A stretch of DNA of 64,000 nt, from NCBI GenBank assembly GCA_949286215.1, contig CASDYX010000005.1, positions 1,069 through 65,068 of the forward strand, written 5' to 3'. Source of the DNA: an uncultured Pseudomonadota bacterium. Lineage in GTDB: Bacteria > Pseudomonadota > Alphaproteobacteria > RF32 > CAG-239. Made by a program: the position numbers and the translations under genes. Of the stretch, positions 17,778-26,570 are shown one piece after another. Every line of letters begins with the position of its first letter. The first letter of the stretch is position 1. Below the pieces are notes generated by a model. The model did not search any database. It was not told the DNA's origin and saw only the letters and a program-made list of their open reading frames with translations.

Positions 17778-20700
17778 TTAGGCAACTTTGGCGTCAAAGC
17801 AAATTGACTTGCCTTCAATGTCTGCCTGAGTGCCCTCACTGCAATCATTGCTGAATTTGACTGCTAAAACTTGCTCGGCGACGTAGTCTTTATTTTCTTC
17901 CAGAGCTTGAGCCAATTCGGCATCCGGTGTCTGATAGCTCAATTCTATTCTATCGGAAATGTTAAAGTCTTTGTCTTTACGCAGGGTTTGAACGAGGCGT
18001 ACAAAGTCTCTGGCCATGCCTTCACGTTTGAGGGCATCCGTTACTGTGGTATCCAAGGTTACAACAGCCTTATTATCGGCAAAAGACTTACCGGCAACGC
18101 CTTCTTTCATCTCAAGGCGGACTTCAAACAAGTCTTTGTTCAAAGTTTGACCGCCGATGGAGAGGGTTCCGTCTTCGTTTAAGCTCCATTGACCTTGTTT
18201 GTAGGCTGCCATAACTGCGCCCATATCTTTACCCAAAGCCTTACCAAGCAATGGAGTATAGAGATAGATTTTCTTCGTGGCGTAATTTTCTAGCTGATTG
18301 TCAAATTTAACTTGTTTTACATTGAGCTCATCTTTAACAATCTCTTGATAAGCCGGACTTAACTCAGCTCCGATTACCGTTAAGCTATTTAACGGCAGAC
18401 GGTTTCTTAAGTTCTTTTCCTCACGGATGAACTTACCGGTTGAGCACAAGTCTTGAACAAAGTCCATGGTGCTGACCAATTCGGCATCATAGTTAATCGC
18501 ACTCAAGCTCGGATAATCTGCCAAGTGGACGGATTCTTCACCGGTTAAGGCTTTGAAGATATATTCACTCAAGAACGGCATCAGAGGTGCGGCAATTTTA
18601 CAAGTATTGACCAAAACCGTATAAAGTGTGTCAAAGGCTTGAGCCTCGCCTTCCCAGAAACGGTCACGAGTGCGGCGAATGTACCAGTTGTTCAGAACTT
18701 CCATAAATGAGGCTAACTCATTGGTGGCTAAAGCAACATCGTAGCTTTCAATGCCTGATTTAACAACTTCGGCCAAGTGTTTCAATTTAGAGAGAATATA
18801 GTTATCAATTGCCTCAGATGAAGAGCTGATTTCTTTGGCTTGATATTCTTCGGCATTAGCATAGAGTGTGAAGAAGTAAAAAGCATTCCACAGCGGAATT
18901 TGTGCCACGCGTGAGGCTTTGGCAATTTCTTTACCTTCTTTATCAACGGCCAGATTTCCGCCTTTTAAGACCGGAGAAGAGACCAAAAACCAACGCAGAG
19001 CATCAGAACCGATTGAATCCAAAACTTCATTCGGGTCTGGATAGTTTTTGAGGCGTTTGGAGAGCTTTTGTCCGCCTTCGGCCATCAATAAACCGGTACA
19101 GATACAGTTCTTGAACGCCGGACGATTGTGCAGAGCCGTGGACAATACCGTTAAGGTATAGAACCAACCTCTGGTTTGATCCATTGCCTCAACAATAAAG
19201 TCTGCCGGGAAGTGGCTCTCAAACCACTCTTTGTTTTCAAACGGATAGTGAATTTGCGCATAAGGCATTGAACCTGATTCAAACCAGCAGTCAAACACAT
19301 CACCAACACGGCGCATCATGGTTTGACCTGACGGGTCATCCGGATTGGGATAAACAACGTCATCAATATAAGGCTTATGCAGATTGGTAACCTCAAATCC
19401 GGTCTTTTCTTTAATTTCTTGAATTGAGCCAAAGACGTCAATACGCGGGAATTTCGGGTTATCAGACTTCCAAACCGGAATTGGCGTACCCCAGAAACGA
19501 TTTCTGGAAATTGACCAATCGCGCGCGCCTTCCAGCCATTTACCGAAACGGCCGTCTTTAATATGCTCAGGAACCCAATTGATTTGTTGGTTATTCTTCA
19601 CCATTTCATCACGGAAATCCGTTACCTTAACAAACCAGCTGGACATAGCCTTGTAAATCAACGGCGTATCCGTTCTCCAGCAGAAAGGATAGGAGTGGGT
19701 GTATTGTTCTTTTTTAACCAAGATGCCACGCTCTTTTAAGAGTTGCATAATCGGCTCATTGGTTTCAAACACTTGTTTACCTTCATAATCGGGAACTTCG
19801 GAAGTGAACTTACCTGCTTCATCTACCGGGCAAACGACGGGGAAGTTTTCATCATAAGCGCGGCAAGCATCAAAGTCGTCTTGACCAAAGCCCGGAGCAA
19901 TATGAACAATACCGGTACCGTCTTCGGTCGAAACGAATTCACCGCTCAAGACCTTAAAGGCACCTTTGGCTTTCAAATCCTTAAAATACGGGAACATCGG
20001 CTCATAGCTCAAGCCTACCAAATCTTTACCTTTGATGGTTCCAACTTTGGTGGCATGCTCGAGTTGTTTTTTGTATCTGCCGAGCAAGGCTTGTGCCAAA
20101 ACATATTTTTGACCATTTTCTTCCATAATGGCATAGTCAATATCCAAGCCAACAGCCAACATCAGGTTGGAAGGCAAGGTCCAAGGAGTGGTGGTCCATA
20201 CCAAAATGTTCATGCCGTTTTCAAGTTTGAACATTACGGTAATGGCGTTATCGGTTTTATCTTGATAGCCTTGATTGACCTCAAAGTTTGACAGAGGGGT
20301 TTCGGCTGCCCAAGAATATGGCAAAACGCGGTAATCTTCATAGACCAAACCTTTGTCATACAATTCTTTGAAATTATGAATAACACTTTCCATAAAAGGT
20401 AAATCCATGGTCTTATAGTCATGGTTAAAGTCAACCCAACGGCCGATGCGTTTGAACATATCAACCCAGATACCTGAATATTTCAAAACGTCAGAACGGC
20501 AGAAGTCATTAAATTTTTCAACGCCGAATTCTTCAATTTGTTTACGCCCTGAAACACCTAACTGCTTTTCGGCAGACATTTCAGCCGGAAGACCGTGGCA
20601 GTCCCAGCCAAGACGGCGTTCTACTTTTTTGCCGTTCATAGTTTGGAAACGAGCAACTACGTCTTTGACATAAGAAACCATAATGTGTCCGTAGTGCGGG

Positions 20701-20867
20701 GTACCATTGGCAAACGGAGGGCCATCATAGAACACAAATTCAGCCGCACCGTCACGGTTGTGGACTGATTTTTCAAAGGTTTTATCTTCTTCCCAAAACT
20801 TGAGAACTTCTTTTTCCAGCTCGACAAAATCTGCCTTTGCTTTCACTTCAGCATAATGTTTAGTCAT
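17778..20867 (-). CDS. ileS: Isoleucine--tRNA ligase, type 2 (eukaryote-like)
   Basis: DGPPFANGTPHYGH, GWDCHGLP, WTTTPWTLPSN, DWSISRNRFWGTPIP, KLSKR; long type-2 C-terminus without type-1 zinc finger. Confidence 0.97.
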   Translation of the reverse strand: MTKHYAEVKAKADFVELEKEVLKFWEEDKTFEKSVHNRDGAAEFVFYDGPPFANGTPHYGHIMVSYVKDVVARFQTMNGKKVERRLGWDCHGLPAEMSAEKQLGVSGRKQIEEFGVEKFNDFCRSDVLKYSGIWVDMFKRIGRWVDFNHDYKTMDLPFMESVIHNFKELYDKGLVYEDYRVLPYSWAAETPLSNFEVNQGYQDKTDNAITVMFKLENGMNILVWTTTPWTLPSNLMLAVGLDIDYAIMEENGQKYVLAQALLGRYKKQLEHATKVGTIKGKDLVGLSYEPMFPYFKDLKAKGAFKVLSGEFVSTEDGTGIVHIAPGFGQDDFDACRAYDENFPVVCPVDEAGKFTSEVPDYEGKQVFETNEPIMQLLKERGILVKKEQYTHSYPFCWRTDTPLIYKAMSSWFVKVTDFRDEMVKNNQQINWVPEHIKDGRFGKWLEGARDWSISRNRFWGTPIPVWKSDNPKFPRIDVFGSIQEIKEKTGFEVTNLHKPYIDDVVYPNPDDPSGQTMMRRVGDVFDCWFESGSMPYAQIHYPFENKEWFESHFPADFIVEAMDQTRGWFYTLTVLSTALHNRPAFKNCICTGLLMAEGGQKLSKRLKNYPDPNEVLDSIGSDALRWFLVSSPVLKGGNLAVDKEGKEIAKASRVAQIPLWNAFYFFTLYANAEEYQAKEISSSSEAIDNYILSKLKHLAEVVKSGIESYDVALATNELASFMEVLNNWYIRRTRDRFWEGEAQAFDTLYTVLVNTCKIAAPLMPFLSEYIFKALTGEESVHLADYPSLSAINYDAELVSTMDFVQDLCSTGKFIREEKNLRNRLPLNSLTVIGAELSPAYQEIVKDELNVKQVKFDNQLENYATKKIYLYTPLLGKALGKDMGAVMAAYKQGQWSLNEDGTLSIGGQTLNKDLFEVRLEMKEGVAGKSFADNKAVVTLDTTVTDALKREGMARDFVRLVQTLRKDKDFNISDRIELSYQTPDAELAQALEENKDYVAEQVLAVKFSNDCSEGTQADIEGKSICFDAKVA

Positions 20868-20956
20868 CCTTAAACACCTTGTATCTGTATTGATTATTAA
20901 AAATTAAAATTTTTGAAATTGATGAGTTTGATATGTATGAAATATGATGCAATCCC

Positions 20957-21004
20957 CTAAGGGATAATAATGAACGGAATGTGATTTATGATATTTATTT
21001 GCAT
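20957..21004 (-). CDS. Ile-rich leader peptide MQINIINHIPFIIIP (ileS attenuator)
   Basis: Read from sequence: 7 of 15 codons are Ile; lies between a promoter and the ileS start. Confidence 0.85.
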   Translation of the reverse strand: MQINIINHIPFIIIP

Positions 21005-21035
21005 CTTGGTATCTTTCTTTTGAAAATCTTTCAGA

Positions 21036-21064
21036 AATTTAATACAACTTTTTTTTCAAGTCAA
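21036..21064 (-). promoter_or_regulatory. ileS leader promoter TTGACT-N17-TAAATT
   Basis: Near-consensus -35, exact 17-nt spacer, just downstream of a terminator. Confidence 0.75.
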
Positions 21065-21088
21065 ACAGAATCTATCGGTTTTAGAAAA

Positions 21089-21130
21089 CAAAAAAACCAT
21101 AAAGGCTTTGTGAGAGCTTGTATGGTTTTT
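21089..21130 (-). terminator. Intrinsic terminator
   Basis: AAAAACCATA...TATGGTTTTT imperfect hairpin with U-run on the minus strand. Confidence 0.7.
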
Positions 21131-21154
21131 GAGTGAGCGTTAGAGGTAAAGATT

Positions 21155-21298
21155 TTACACAACCGGAACTTCTCCGAATATAATGTAGTAAAAAACCATT
21201 ACCAAAAATACAATAATTACTAAGTCTTTATACCAGACATCCTTTTGCGGATTTTTTGTTTTAGGTTCATTCTGACCGCTAAAATCAATTGTTTTCAT
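21155..21298 (-). CDS. Small 47-aa single-pass membrane protein (not in ORF track)
   Basis: MKTIDFSGQNEPKTKNPQKDVWYKDLVIIVFLVMVFYYIIFGEVPVV; AAGGA upstream; followed by a terminator. Confidence 0.6.
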   Translation of the reverse strand: MKTIDFSGQNEPKTKNPQKDVWYKDLVIIVFLVMVFYYIIFGEVPVV

Positions 21299-21342
21299 AA
21301 TCCTTATGTTTTTAGTTTATTTATAATAATATTTTTAATTCT

Positions 21343-22461
21343 TTATTCGTTTTCCTGTTGGTGCGGAGTGCTTATTTCTCCGCCGGACATTGGCTCAACT
21401 ACCCCTGTGGTGGATGGAAAACTTATCGGTAAATTGTATAGGCGTCTGGCGCTCAAAAAAGCATAGGCTTGCGCTGGCAAAGAGTTGGTATTTAACCCCT
21501 CTTCGGCAGCTGTATGAATTGACATTTCAGGTAAGCGTTGACGCAAAAATCTTAAAATGGTCGGGTTTTTGGCTCCCCCACCGCAAACTATCACTACTTT
21601 GGGGATTTCCGGCAAATAAAGCAATAATGAATAAGCAATAGCCTCGGCAACAAAGGCTGTCGCTGTGGCCGCTCCGTCCTCTAGGCTTAACCCCTCAAGG
21701 TGTTCCAATTTTTCAACAAACTCATGGCGAGCAACCGACTTGGGCGGATATTTGGCAAAGTATTTATGTTTCATCATGGTGGCTACAATTTGCTCATTAA
21801 CCTTACCGGTAATGGCTAGTTTGCCGTTATAGTCCATATGCATTCCGCCATGTTTTCTGACCCATTCATCTATCGCAGCATTGCCCGGACCACAATCAAA
21901 TGCAGCCATTTCGCCGTAAGTACCAATCCATGTGACGCGCGAAATTCCGGTAATGTTTACGATAGCCATCGGCTTGCCGATATCCCCGCACAAAGCATTA
22001 TAGTAAACCGGCTCTAAGGGAAAACCTTGCCCGCCGGAACGAAGGTCTGCTTTGTGAAAATCATGAACAACCTTAATTCCCGTGAGGCGAGACAATAATT
22101 CACCGTTGCCTAACTGAATAATTTGATGTTCTGCGGGATTGCAATACAAGGTAATCCCCTCATAGCCGATGATATCTACTTCTAAGCCATGGGTGGCAAT
22201 ATAGTCTTTTACAACTTCGGCATGAAAACGTGTTAGCTCTTCATTGATTTCATTATACTCATGAATTGCCTCATCCGTATAAGGGCAAGTACCAAACAGA
22301 GGTCTTATTTTTTCTCTTAGACTTTCATCATATGGAATATGTTGCAGAGGACCAAAATCATAAACATCTACCCCGTCCGTATTCAGCAAAGCTATATATA
22401 CGCCTTCAAGTGAGGATGTACTCAATAAGCCGATTGCGTTTAAGGGTTTTATTACAGGCAT
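21343..22461 (-). CDS. anmK: Anhydro-N-acetylmuramic acid kinase homolog, divergent motifs
   Basis: GGQG, DCGPGN, YPPKS, CGGGAKN, FPSTTGV; divergent from tyrS as in other alphaproteobacteria. Confidence 0.85.
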   Translation of the reverse strand: MPVIKPLNAIGLLSTSSLEGVYIALLNTDGVDVYDFGPLQHIPYDESLREKIRPLFGTCPYTDEAIHEYNEINEELTRFHAEVVKDYIATHGLEVDIIGYEGITLYCNPAEHQIIQLGNGELLSRLTGIKVVHDFHKADLRSGGQGFPLEPVYYNALCGDIGKPMAIVNITGISRVTWIGTYGEMAAFDCGPGNAAIDEWVRKHGGMHMDYNGKLAITGKVNEQIVATMMKHKYFAKYPPKSVARHEFVEKLEHLEGLSLEDGAATATAFVAEAIAYSLLLYLPEIPKVVIVCGGGAKNPTILRFLRQRLPEMSIHTAAEEGLNTNSLPAQAYAFLSARRLYNLPISFPSTTGVVEPMSGGEISTPHQQENE

Positions 22462-22576
22462 GATAAAAAATTGACCTCTGTTGTTGCATTGTTGGAATTA
22501 TATGATATTATCGGTTAAGAATTTATGAAACTTCAGCTATTTTTAGCTGTTTTATTTTTGTTTTAGGATAAGGAAA

Positions 22577-23833
22577 ATGAGCCAATTTAAATCTGAATTT
22601 TTAAATATTATGGTTGAACGCGGTTTTTACAATCAATGCACGAATGAAAGCGCCTTTGATGCTTACTTGTATGAGTGCGAAAAATCAGGAAAACCAGCTG
22701 TTGGCTATTTGGGCTCTGATCCTACCGGAGACAGCTTGCATGTCGGACATATCGTCCCCTTGATGATGATGCGTTGGTTCCAAAAATGTGGTCATAAACC
22801 TTTAACTTTGGTCGGTGGTGCAACCGCTCGAATCGGCGACCCGTCAGGTAAAGATAAACTCCGCCCGTTTTTGGATGAAGAAACACTCAAACACAATATT
22901 GAAGGTTTGAAAAAATCTTTCTCCAAGTTCTTGAAATTCGGAAACAGCGCAAATGACGCCGTGATGGTTGATAACTGGGATTGGTTTAAGGATATTAATT
23001 ACCTCGCCTTTTTGCGCGATATCGGAACTTATTATTCGGTTAACCGTATGCTGACTATGGACAGCGTGAAATCTCGTTTGGACAGAGAGCAACCTATGTC
23101 TTTCTTGGAATTTAACTATATGCTCTTGCAAGGATATGATTTTTGCGAACTCTTCCAAAAATATGGTTGCCGCGCACAAATAGCCGGCTCTGACCAATGG
23201 GGTAATATTACATCCGGTACCGAACTCGGACGCAGAAAATATGACGTTGAGCTCTTTGGTTTTACCAGCCCGATTATTACTGATTCAAATGGTAAAAAGA
23301 TGGGCAAATCCGAAGGAAATGCGGTTTGGATTAATGAAGAAAAGCTCCCCAGCTATAACTACTATCAATATTTCCGTAATATCGGTGATGCCGAAGTTGG
23401 CAAATGCTTGCGTATTTATACCGATTTACCGATGGATGAAATCAGACGCTTGGAAGCCCTTAAAGACCAAGAAATTAACGAAGCTAAGAAAATTTTGGCC
23501 TTTGAAGCTACCAAAATTTGCCGTGGCGAAGAAGAAGCCAAAACCGCTCAAGAAACCGCTATTGCCACTTTTGAAAAAGGCTTGGCCGGAGGAGATTTGC
23601 CTTGTCTTGAAAAAGCAAGCGTTGATGGATTATCTATGCTTGATGCCTTTGTTGAACTCGGCTTTATCTCCAGCAAAGGTGAAGGTCGTCGCTTGGTCAA
23701 ACAAGCAGGTCTCAAAATCAATGACAAAGTTATTAGCGATGAAAACTACAAGTTCTCTTCTGCGGACTTGATTGACGGGCAGATTAAGCTCTCTCAAGGC
23801 AAGAAAAAACATGGTTTGATTAAAATTGCTTAG
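22577..23833 (+). CDS. tyrS: Tyrosine--tRNA ligase
   Basis: DPTGDSLHVGH, GSDQWGNI, KMGKS, C-terminal S4 domain. Confidence 0.97.
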   Translation: MSQFKSEFLNIMVERGFYNQCTNESAFDAYLYECEKSGKPAVGYLGSDPTGDSLHVGHIVPLMMMRWFQKCGHKPLTLVGGATARIGDPSGKDKLRPFLDEETLKHNIEGLKKSFSKFLKFGNSANDAVMVDNWDWFKDINYLAFLRDIGTYYSVNRMLTMDSVKSRLDREQPMSFLEFNYMLLQGYDFCELFQKYGCRAQIAGSDQWGNITSGTELGRRKYDVELFGFTSPIITDSNGKKMGKSEGNAVWINEEKLPSYNYYQYFRNIGDAEVGKCLRIYTDLPMDEIRRLEALKDQEINEAKKILAFEATKICRGEEEAKTAQETAIATFEKGLAGGDLPCLEKASVDGLSMLDAFVELGFISSKGEGRRLVKQAGLKINDKVISDENYKFSSADLIDGQIKLSQGKKKHGLIKIA

Positions 23834-23853
23834 TTAAAAGAGTTTATATTAAC

Positions 23854-23882
23854 GAGGCTCTCAATTGAGGGCCTCTTTTTTT
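23854..23882 (+). terminator. tyrS terminator
   Basis: GAGGCTCTC-aatt-GAGGGCCTC plus T-run. Confidence 0.8.
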
Positions 23883-23959
23883 ATTGACAAAAATGACTTT
23901 TCGATTTAAGAACAGCTTAATTTTGTATTTTTATGTCTAACTTAAAAAAAATTACAATT

Positions 23960-24106
23960 ATGGGAAAAAGAAAAAACAAATCCGGGTTTGAGGCTATGCC
24001 TAATCAGATGTATTACACTGAACGTTTGGTTAAAAAGCAAGGTACTCCTTGCGAGTCAAAAGCCAAATTCACGCCCAACAAGTTCAAGGTTCATCGCCGT
24101 GGGTAA
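23960..24106 (+). CDS. Small basic 48-aa protein (not in ORF track)
   Basis: MGKRKNKSGFEAMPNQMYYTERLVKKQGTPCESKAKFTPNKFKVHRRG; follows TTGACA-N17-TAAGAA and the shared leader motif; in-frame ATG at 23933 is an alternative start. Confidence 0.6.
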   Translation: MGKRKNKSGFEAMPNQMYYTERLVKKQGTPCESKAKFTPNKFKVHRRG

Positions 24107-24151
24107 TCAGAGACTTTAGAAAAATTGTTTAATCATTAAAAATTTTTAATC

Positions 24152-24394
24152 ATGAAAAAGTCAGTAAAAATCAAAAAAATTACAGGTACCCGTGAAGGTA
24201 TGGAATTTGAAACTGAAGAAGGAAAGTTCACGCTTTTTTTCAAAGAAATGGCAAAATTTGTCGGTGTGCCGATGCCAGATGGTGATACAATCGTAATTGA
24301 AACATCTGATGATGGCGGACCTGCAAAACTTGCGGTCGGCCGCATGGTGCTCAATGTTCCGGAATATTTCCTCAAGGAAAAAGGCTTAATCTAA
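24152..24394 (+). CDS. Small hypothetical protein (no SD)
   Basis: 80 aa; A/T-rich leader tgtttaatcattaaaaatttttaatcATG. Confidence 0.65.
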   Translation: MKKSVKIKKITGTREGMEFETEEGKFTLFFKEMAKFVGVPMPDGDTIVIETSDDGGPAKLAVGRMVLNVPEYFLKEKGLI

Positions 24395-24407
24395 AAACCT
24401 TTTCTTT

Positions 24408-24755
24408 ATGAAAAAATTGATATTTTTCGTTAGTTTCGCATTGTTGATGTGCGCTTGTTCGTCTTCTCCGAGAGAAAAGCCCCAAACAATTGCCAAACAA
24501 CAGCAAAACACAAAAATTTTTTCGACAGATGAAAATATTGCAGGGATTTCACCAACAGATGTTATCTATATGATGACCGAACCTGGGATTTTTGATACAC
24601 CTCGCAATGCTGTCGGGAGAATATCTGTTACTTATATGCTACTCAAAGATAGCAGCGTATTAGTGTTGAAACACAGAAATGTTATTGCACCATACACAAA
24701 AGAGCAAGCAAAACTCATTATGCTTACAAAAATGCGTATGGAAAGCAAAGAATAA
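24408..24755 (+). CDS. Putative lipoprotein
   Basis: MKKLIFFVSFALLMCAC signal II peptide; no SD. Confidence 0.7.
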   Translation: MKKLIFFVSFALLMCACSSSPREKPQTIAKQQQNTKIFSTDENIAGISPTDVIYMMTEPGIFDTPRNAVGRISVTYMLLKDSSVLVLKHRNVIAPYTKEQAKLIMLTKMRMESKE

Positions 24756-24757
24756 TT

Positions 24758-24790
24758 AAAAAAGTCCGTTTTTCTAAACGGACTTTTTTT
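24758..24790. terminator. Bidirectional terminator
   Basis: AAAAAAGTCCGTTT...AAACGGACTTTTTT. Confidence 0.8.
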
Positions 24791-24794
24791 GTGG

Positions 24795-26570
24795 CTATTT
24801 ATAGAGTTTGGGGAGAGGTTGCTCCTCTTTGGCGCTCTTTATTTTAGACTTACGCACTTTTTCAAAACTCTTGAGGAAGCCCTTCTCGTTAAAAGCTTGG
24901 GGTGTTTGCGCATAGAGCAATGCGCCCAACTCATCTAAGTATGCTCCAAACTCTTTATCTTGGGCAGCTTTAGCAACTTCTTTTAAGTTGGTGATTTTAT
25001 CATTGTGCCAACGCTCTCTTCCCCAAGTAACCAAGCCATCGCGAAGAGCACGGTAATCTTTGCTTTTTAAGGACTTGATGATGTATTTGTCATAATCTTT
25101 AATTTCATCGGCATTGGGGCGGCGGCGACCAAAAATCAGCCAACTGAAAACTATGCCGACCAAGAAGGCTGCAACCGCAATTATATATGCCATATTGGTA
25201 TTACCTCCGGGGATTGACATATCGGAGAGGTCTTCCATTGGGCTCTGTTGTGGAGCTAGAGCTTCGTCTGCTTGCGGAAGAGATGGTTGTGCGGCTTTTG
25301 CTTGCGTTGAGGGTAAGCCGGCTGATGGCATAACTTCAATATTTACTGCCGGCAAAACGGCTCTTTCCATTTGGTTGGTTTGGACATTAAACCAATCAAG
25401 CGCAATCTCCGGAATGGTTTGGGCTCCAGATGTGGTCGGAATATAAACATTGGTGATTTTTTTAACGGCAACGACCTGACCATTTTCAAGCCCGCTTGAG
25501 GAAATGGCTTTGTCTGGATATTGTTTCAAATCCGGGGTTTGTGCAAAGCGGATATCGGGCAATTGATTTTCGGCAATACCTACGGCTTTAAGATATATGG
25601 TGCGGCTGACTGCCTCCCCTACCTTAAATTGGGGTTGGCGCGGTTCCCATTCCGCCATTAAGGCTACTTGTTTGGCAGGCAGCCACCAATTGCTTCCGTT
25701 TTCACTCGGGATTGGGCGAACTTTAATGCTTTGCGGAGCCGCGGTTAACAAAACCGGATTGCGGGTGGCAAACATATCGGCAAAGCCAATGCCGCCCAAA
25801 TTTCCGCCAAATAAGTCATCAAACGGGTCATTAAACCCACGCGAACGCGTCAGATAATAGCCTTGAAAGCGGACTTCCGGCGTTTTTAATGTACCGCTTT
25901 TTTGCGGAAACAAAGCATAGCGGAAAGTGATTTCTCTTAGGCTGCGGCCATTGACAATTTTTGAGCCGATTGTAGGTGAGCCTAAGCTCTTGATTATCCA
26001 ATCATTGTTCCCGTCGTCAATAAACTGCGGGGCATCTCCTTGAAGACCTCCTGTGTCATAAATGGTGATGGTGTAGTCAATTTGTTGCTGAACATAAGGA
26101 TTGGTGTTTTCAACTTTGGCAACCATATCAAACTTTGGACGATTGGCGTTTTGAGCCGGTTGATTGGGGTTGTTTTGCCCTGCAGACAAGGCTTGATTGG
26201 CCGGAATAACATTTAAGGTTATCGGTTGTGTGGCGAGGTTATCCATCTGAATTGACGGAATTTCTATTGAGCCTGAGTTTTTAGGCATAAGCGCAATCTG
26301 CCATTGACGCGACTTGGAAGAAACACCGTTGATGTACTTATAGTTAAACGCCGTACCGACCGAATAAACAATAAAATCCTTATCCAAAACACTTAAATCA
26401 GGATTGCCTTTATCGTCTCCATCAATGAGTTCCAACGTCAAGACAAAAGTTTCGCCTTGCGGGACATCGGTGCGATTGACGGTAGCATTAAAAGTTTGCG
26501 CCCAAGCTGTCCCTGCTAAAATCACAGAGGCGACAAGACTTAAAAACAAATAATTACCTAACTTTTTCAT
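24795..26570 (-). CDS. batD: BatD family protein
   Basis: Signal peptide, PYVQQQIDY, YALFPQKSG, GEAVSRTI, C-terminal TM and LPKLY end; last gene of VWA operon. Confidence 0.85.
   Translation of the reverse strand: MKKLGNYLFLSLVASVILAGTAWAQTFNATVNRTDVPQGETFVLTLELIDGDDKGNPDLSVLDKDFIVYSVGTAFNYKYINGVSSKSRQWQIALMPKNSGSIEIPSIQMDNLATQPITLNVIPANQALSAGQNNPNQPAQNANRPKFDMVAKVENTNPYVQQQIDYTITIYDTGGLQGDAPQFIDDGNNDWIIKSLGSPTIGSKIVNGRSLREITFRYALFPQKSGTLKTPEVRFQGYYLTRSRGFNDPFDDLFGGNLGGIGFADMFATRNPVLLTAAPQSIKVRPIPSENGSNWWLPAKQVALMAEWEPRQPQFKVGEAVSRTIYLKAVGIAENQLPDIRFAQTPDLKQYPDKAISSSGLENGQVVAVKKITNVYIPTTSGAQTIPEIALDWFNVQTNQMERAVLPAVNIEVMPSAGLPSTQAKAAQPSLPQADEALAPQQSPMEDLSDMSIPGGNTNMAYIIAVAAFLVGIVFSWLIFGRRRPNADEIKDYDKYIIKSLKSKDYRALRDGLVTWGRERWHNDKITNLKEVAKAAQDKEFGAYLDELGALLYAQTPQAFNEKGFLKSFEKVRKSKIKSAKEEQPLPKLYK

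Noticed and set aside
20868-21064. T-box riboswitch upstream of ileS
   Set aside because: No T-box UGGNACC antiterminator motif or Stem I; region is short and better explained by a leader peptide
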